The position numbers and the translations under genes were made by a program. Below, piece after piece: positions 55,528-64,000 of a stretch of DNA of 64,000 nucleotides (position 1 is its first letter; every line of letters begins with the position of its first letter). The notes beneath the pieces were generated by a model. The model was given only the letters and a program-made list of their open reading frames with translations, was not told the DNA's origin and did not search any database. The DNA comes from Cladosporium halotolerans (taxonomy: Eukaryota): positions 248,001-312,000 of the forward strand of contig NW_027191470.1 in NCBI RefSeq assembly GCF_011745625.1, written 5' to 3'.

Positions 55528-57655
55528 ATGGCTACTTCAAGCCCCCTCAACACCATGGGCGGCGAACAGAACGAGCCTTCCGGCACGGGCTCTGGGTTTG
55601 GGAGGATTGTTCTTATTTTGGCGGGTGTCTCTTCACTGGTCGCCTGTCTCCTCACTATCCTGTATGTCGCCTACCCTTGCGAAAGCGCGCCAAAGTATAC
55701 CATACACAACCATTTCGGCCACTGACCAACTCTTCCCTCCCAGCACGACGATCCTCCAATCCAAGAACTACCGCAAACCCCTCCTCCAGCGCCATGTCAT
55801 CCGCATCCTCATGCTTGTCCCGATCTTCAGCTGTGCCTCATGGGCCAGCCTTACCTCCCTACGAGTCGCCTTCTGGATTGACCCCCTCCGCGATGTATAC
55901 GAGGCTTTCGTGCTCTACACTTTCTTCCAACTCCTCATAAACTTCCTCGGCGGTGAGCGCAGCCTCATAATCATGATGCACGGCCGTCCACCCGTGGACC
56001 ACCTGTGGCCTTTGGACTACGTGCTACCCAAAGTCGACATTAGCGACCCTCACACCTTCCTCAGCATCAAGAGGGGCATTCTGCAGTATGCCTGGATCAA
56101 GCCTGCGCTCGCTATTGCGACGCTTGCCATGAAAGCGACGGGGACATTCAGGGAGGGCATCATTGCAGTGGACTCGGGATACTTCTGGACAAGTTTGATC
56201 TACAACGTCAGCATCTGCTGGTCTCTCTACGACCTCGCGCTGTTCTGGGTCTGCATGAGCGCAGACTTGCAGCCTTTCAGGCCGATGCCCAAGTTCCTCG
56301 TTATCAAGGGCATCATCTTCGCCTCCTGGTGGCAGGGCTTCTTCCTCTCCATCCTCGTATGGCTGGGTGCGATCCCGAGCATAGGCGGCGGCTACACGGC
56401 GGACAACCTGGCGGCGGCGATCCAGGACGCGCTAATCTGCTTCGAGATGCCCTTCTTCGCGCTCGCGCAGTGGTACTCGTTTAGCTGGAAGGACTTCGCG
56501 GACGTCACCATCTCGGACGCGCGCATGCCCATGCGGTTTGCCTTCAGAGATGCCTTCGGGCCGCGCGACCTCATTGAGGATGCGAAGGAGACGTGGAGCG
56601 GGCAGAAGTACGACTACAGGTATTTCGATGCGACGGACAACGTCATGGCGCACGAGGATAGCACGAGCAGGGCGGCGAGAATGCAGGCGGGCATGAGGTA
56701 TGAGCGAGGCGGGCGCGGCAAGTACTGGATCCCTTCGCCTGGAGCGGATGCGAAACAGCCGCTGCTCTCCAGGTGGGCCGATAGCCACGCGAGGACAATG
56801 AGCCCTGGCAATGGGAGGCACGGCAGCCGTTCGAGCAGCAACACGGGCACGAAGGGCTACGGCACACAAGTGCAGCCCGAGGAGCCCGAGCTCGACGCCG
56901 AGGAGGAGAGACTGTACAAGAAGTCGCGCGACCTCGAGTACGGCGACTGGAACTACCCCGTTATCAACACGCACTACGCCTCGCGCGAGGACCGCCTGCA
57001 CGCGGATCCCAACATGCTCTCGCAGACCACCAACCGCGCCATCCTCCAGCCCACCAAGGACAACAAGCAGCGACGCAAGAGCCGCATTCAGGACATCCAA
57101 GCCAACGTCCACCAGCACGACAACCCCTCCTCCGACCAAGCCAGCGGCAGCCACGGCAGCTCCTCTAGCAAAGCGCAGAAAGCGGCATCCAATCTCCCCG
57201 TCGTCGGCAAACTGCTCCGCGAAAACTCCTCCGACTCCGCGCAGTCCCACTCCAGCCAGCTCGTGGACCTCGTCGTCGAAGACCACGAGGCCGAAGCGAT
57301 CGAGCGCGTGCGCGCGCGCAAAGAAGGCGGGCCCGGCTGGAACAGCGTCGAGCAGCGGCACTTCGTCAAGACGTACCCGGACGAGCCGGAGCAGGAGGAG
57401 GTGCGCCAGGGCTTTAACCCGGACCGACCGGAGAAGGCGATCACGGACGAGAACCACACGCTCGACGAGCCGTTTGCGCTCAACGATAGCGAGAACGACG
57501 ACTTGGAAGCGGTGGTGGACGAGCCCGGGACGGACGAGACGGCGCACGAGCAGCCGTGGGAGAATAGGATTGTGGGGGATGGGAAGGGGAAGGGGAAGGA
57601 GAGGGAGAGAAGGAGTCCGGACATTCCAGAGGAGAGGAATCCTTGGTCTGATTGA
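55528..57655 (+). CDS. TMEM184/OST-alpha (DUF300, Hfl1-like) membrane protein; intron 55662-55743
   Basis: KNYRKPLLQRHVIRILMLVPI, RDVYEAFVLYTFFQLLINFLGGE, KRGILQY, PKFLVIKGIIFASWWQG, IQDALICFEMP; start at 55528 or 55555. Confidence 0.9.
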
Positions 57656-58086
57656 GCGGTGATCGTGGCTTGGTGTTTGGTCTACTGCTCCGTTGCTGCT
57701 GCACTTAGCGATGGCGTTTTTTTTGTCCCTATCTTAGGGATGTGTTCTTCATGTACATGTGTCTCGATGTCAACTTTTCTCTTCATTGTGCCGTTTGACG
57801 ATGCTTGTACGATCTTTCTTTGCTTCGTCACGCTCTGTTTATTTCTGTGTCTCAAAATCTTCCATGTCCGCCCGAGACGTGATTTGATAGTGAGGGTCAC
57901 CGTGTGTCGTTGCTTCGGTGACGTCGAACAGCGCAGCAGCAAATCGACACGGTGCACGACAAAGAAGCTCCAGCGCACAATGTACGTAGTATATCATATT
58001 AGTAGAATCGGGAAACGTTGATGGGAACATCAAACATGAGAAGCTCTGCAGTCAAAAAGACGTTGAATGATATCTGACAGATGAGA

Positions 58087-58111
58087 GGGTTTAGTAGGGT
58101 TAGGGTTGGGG
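58087..58111 (+). repeat. Interstitial telomere-like G-tract with G-quadruplex potential
   Basis: GGGTTTAGTAGGGTTAGGGTTGGGG. Confidence 0.7.
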
Positions 58112-58224
58112 TTGCGTAGTTAAAATCGACCAGATGATGACAGCGCAGGACGATGGCTACTAAGCCAGCCGGTCTGACAGCGTAACTGTGGAGTGGCATG
58201 CTGAACTGAGATCAATTGTTGAAA

Positions 58225-58706
58225 GTTGACTCGAAAAGGGAAGAAATGCAGACCGCCACTAGTGTCAAGTGTACAGTGCCCAATGAGCTCTCAGCCGCGC
58301 CTGTGTGTAAGTGAATTGACACCTCCCAGCGGATTTAATTCGAATAGTAAAAGTTGACTCGAGTTCGGGAGATATGCGAGCACCCACTAGCGTCAAGTGC
58401 CTAATGTCCAATCAGCTCTTCGCCGCGCCTAGGTGTAAGTGAATTAGCAAATGTTAGTGAACATGTTGCAAATAAAATAATAAAATGTTGACTCGAGTTC
58501 GGGAGATATGCGAGCACCCACTAGCGTCAAGTGATCAGTGGCCAACCGGCGCTCAGCCGCTTCTTCATGTAAGTGAATGACACCATGGTATTATTTCAAA
58601 TATAAAGGAAAAAATGTTGACTCGAGAAGGGAAGAAATGCGACCACCCGCTAGCGTCAAGTGACCGGTGGCCAATCAGCTCTGACCGCGCCTGCGTGTAA
58701 GTGAAT
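58225..58706. repeat. Array of four 91-92-nt conserved units separated by unique 36/42/37-nt spacers
   Basis: Units start with GTTGACTCGA at 58225, 58353, 58487 and 58616, and end with TGTAAGTGAAT at 58316, 58444, 58578 and 58706. Confidence 0.95.
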
Positions 58707-59001
58707 GCCACTTTGATGTTTTTCTCAAGATAATAAGATAATGGAGAAGAGAAGACATGCAAGTAGCCGCCAAGCATGTGGAAAGATTTAGAGCGAGAAC
58801 GTCTCATATATCAAAGATGTCTACAAGACACTAACCAGCGACAGCCGCATTCATCATCACCATCCAGGTATCAAAAGCCCCTCGTAACCATGGTGTCCTG
58901 ACAGTCCAACCCAATGCCCCTCAAACGCCCAATACACGCCACGCAAGTCGCTCAAACATCAAAGACCAAAAAGCACCCCCAGACCTCATACTACTCGTCG
59001 C

Positions 59002-61740
<2,739 letters not shown>

Positions 61741-61904
61741 GGTGAACTACGATTGCCTTGCAATATCGCCTGCCGATTTTGCGAATAGTTGTTCTTGGTG
61801 AGGTGGCCGATTTGCGACTTGCAGTAGGAAACGAGTGAGGTGGTGGGGTGTGGTGTGTTTGTTCTCGAGGGGCTGTCGCTGTCGATAAAGCCGCCCAAGC
61901 AACC

Positions 61905-61953
61905 GGGCGCGCAAAACGCCGACGCGACTCGCGACTTTGACGCGAGAGCGCGT
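61905..61953. promoter_or_regulatory. Cluster of MCB-like CGCG elements upstream of MCM3
   Basis: GCGCGCAAAA, ACGCGA, TCGCGA, ACGCGA and GCGCGT within ~50 bp, 165-215 bp upstream of the ATG. Confidence 0.55.
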
Positions 61954-62998
61954 TAAGCGGATTTAGAGTTTAGTGCTTGCAGCTCCCGGCCATCACCCTA
62001 TCACGTCTCTTCATCTTCAAGGTGTCACTTCACTTACGTCTCTACACACGAACCACGTGGACGCGCATCATTACGCGCATTGTATCTCAAAAAACCCGGG
62101 TGGTCCCGTGCACGACCATGTTGTCATGGTACGCGCACGAGCAAGATGAGATTGGAGAAGGTAGCAGCGTACCTACTATGGCCAAGTATATATTGCCAAA
62201 ACATCTTGAGACCTCTTCCACTCGAAGGTACAAGTGTAGATTTCGCCGTGTTCAGCAGGTCCTAACAACCGAATATGCATGCTCTAGGCGAAATGACTTC
62301 TTTGTTCACCACAAGCCGCGAACGAACATTCATCGCAATTCAAACAAAGGCATGGTTTCCTCATTTTGGATTTCATCATTCGGATCTTGACGGTTCTCGC
62401 ATTCTGCACTTAACAGTATGATTTAGATCTTAAGTCGAAAAGATGGCTTTCTGGTGGGGCATCACATCAATGATCCGATCTAGTGCACCCGAATGTATTC
62501 CACCGAGCCGCATTATCGCTCCACTAACACAGAATTTTGGATCCAGCATCAGCAGAGCAGGCGCCATCACTAAGCATCAAACAGCATTGGCTACCCGAGA
62601 CGGAGGACGAGGCAGCGATGTAAGCGTCAAAGATGGGTACCAGCTACAGAAGCGCAACCTAAGCGATAGGGAAGCGAAACTGCCTCGAACCTTGAATGCG
62701 AACCCAGCACCCAGTACATATTGCCTCACGGGAACAAATTACGAATGGATGCAAAAGTCAGATCAAAACATGGAACATCAATGGAAACAGACTTGACAAC
62801 GGTGCAAGCGATTGCAGAAACAGAAATCATTTGAAGAGAAGCGAGGAATACGGCACGATGAAATATATCTATACAGGATCCTGAATGAGGAAATAGCTCT
62901 ACAATCAAGCCCAACCCTTAGACTCGTGAGAATGGATGGCCCCCCTCGTCGCTCATCGCAAACAACGCAAACCCCGACATCACAGTTTCCCCCCTGAA

Positions 62999-64000
62999 TC
63001 ACTCAGATGAGGTATAGCGACTTGTGTCGACTACGGCACTGTGCTCTACGCCATTCGCATTCTTCGCGTTCACAATCTCCTGACGAATCTCCAGCACGCT
63101 CCGGCCCGAGGCCTCCGCAGCAGCTTCAATGGCGTGCGTCAAGCGCTTCGTGATAACGCAGACGTTCTTGATACCGCGGGGAGTCGCGGCGTTGATGCGC
63201 TCGAAGATGTCGGTATTGCTGTAGTTACGCGCGAGACGGATGATGGCGTCGCCTTGGATGAGTTCTGGACGAGACGCGAAGAGCTCGTCGTCTGAAAGAT
63301 GGTCGTGCTCGAACTTGAGGTATGCGGTGTGACGGGGCTTGCGAGTCGGCTTCGGGACAGTCGCACTCGCGGGCTGGTGTACAGGCGTGGGTGCAGGTGC
63401 AGGAGCAGGGGCCGGTACGTCTGCCATTGGAACGTTGGTGTTTGCTTGCTGCTCCACCACATGCCCACTGAAAGCGCGCCAGTACTCCTCGTAAGCGCCA
63501 TTGCCATCCATGACACACCATCTGTACAGCCAAACAGTGTCAGTGATAGTGCCATCTGCAGCCTTGAAGGTCTGCGCACGGAAGTGCGTCTTGAACCCAT
63601 CGACGGTCAGAGTGACCACTCCCACCTGGATAACCGGCCTCTTGGATCCGGTCTTGAGCTCCTGATACCGAGCAACGAACCGAAGAATGGCGAGAACTTT
63701 GGCAATGTTTTGGTTGACAAAGTTGGGCTTGCCGAGGTGCTGGATCGAGGTCGCAGGGTCGAGAGTCTTCAGTTCGAAACCGAGCGCCTCACGCTGAGAA
63801 TCTGACAGACCTTTTATCTTCTCGACGTCTGCTGGGATGCGGCCAGCCTTCTGTAGGTGGCTGATTGTGGCTTGGAGGGCGTACGAGGCTTCTGAGGACC
63901 CTTCTGGTGCTACTGAGGAAGAGATACTCAGATCAGCTGCAAGGGCTTCAGAAAGGAGGTTCAGATCGTTGGATGTACCCCATACTGGCGCCGGAGGTGA
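62999..64000 (-). CDS. Hypothetical protein (5' end outside the window)
   Basis: The frame of ORF 62999-63625 stays stop-free to the right edge (over 330 codons); no recognisable domain. Confidence 0.7.
   Translation of the reverse strand, partial: SPPAPVWGTSNDLNLLSEALAADLSISSSVAPEGSSEASYALQATISHLQKAGRIPADVEKIKGLSDSQREALGFELKTLDPATSIQHLGKPNFVNQNIAKVLAILRFVARYQELKTGSKRPVIQVGVVTLTVDGFKTHFRAQTFKAADGTITDTVWLYRWCVMDGNGAYEEYWRAFSGHVVEQQANTNVPMADVPAPAPAPAPTPVHQPASATVPKPTRKPRHTAYLKFEHDHLSDDELFASRPELIQGDAIIRLARNYSNTDIFERINAATPRGIKNVCVITKRLTHAIEAAAEASGRSVLEIRQEIVNAKNANGVEHSAVVDTSRYTSSE

Noticed and set aside
55322..55743. 140-aa N-terminal extension of the TMEM184 ORF
   Set aside because: Produced by reading through an 82-nt intron; the true first exon is in another frame (55528/55555-55661).
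58225..58706. Bona fide CRISPR array
   Set aside because: Eukaryotic context, no cas genes, and the repeats are ~92 nt and substantially diverged, whereas CRISPR repeats are much shorter and near-identical. Only the spacer size is similar.
58225..58706. 5S rRNA, C/D snoRNA or hammerhead ribozyme cluster
   Set aside because: No alignment to fungal 5S beyond a short GCTCAGCCG; no conserved C/D boxes; no CTGANGA/GAAA core in the units.

Overview
Gene-dense eukaryotic DNA from a filamentous ascomycete. Short GT-AG introns with CTRAC branch points and the protein sequences suggest a Dothideomycete, possibly Capnodiales/Mycosphaerellales (inference). About 23 protein-coding genes are present, mostly housekeeping: an LSH/IRC5-type SNF2 ATPase (cut by the left edge), SRP68, a methyltransferase-like protein, pirin, a PPR protein, SEC5, a NUUM-like complex I subunit, MRPL3/mL44, LSM4, STU1, eIF2-alpha, EAF7, YVC1, a BTB protein, an RBM26/27-like protein, the 9.76-kb intronless CSF1, EF-2, a TMEM184/OST-alpha protein, MCM3 and several hypothetical proteins. 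There is one intron-containing tRNA-Gly(GCC). No transposase, Cas gene or rRNA is visible. Three non-coding features are not explained by the genes. (1) An array of four ~92-nt conserved units separated by unrelated 36-42-nt spacers (58225-58706). (2) A ~155-nt tRNA-like, Pol III-type locus with a non-standard architecture (19526-19681). (3) An identical telomere-like 17-mer, with G-quadruplex potential, in two different convergent intergenic regions, one beside the array. All gene identities come from recognising motifs by eye; no database search was run.
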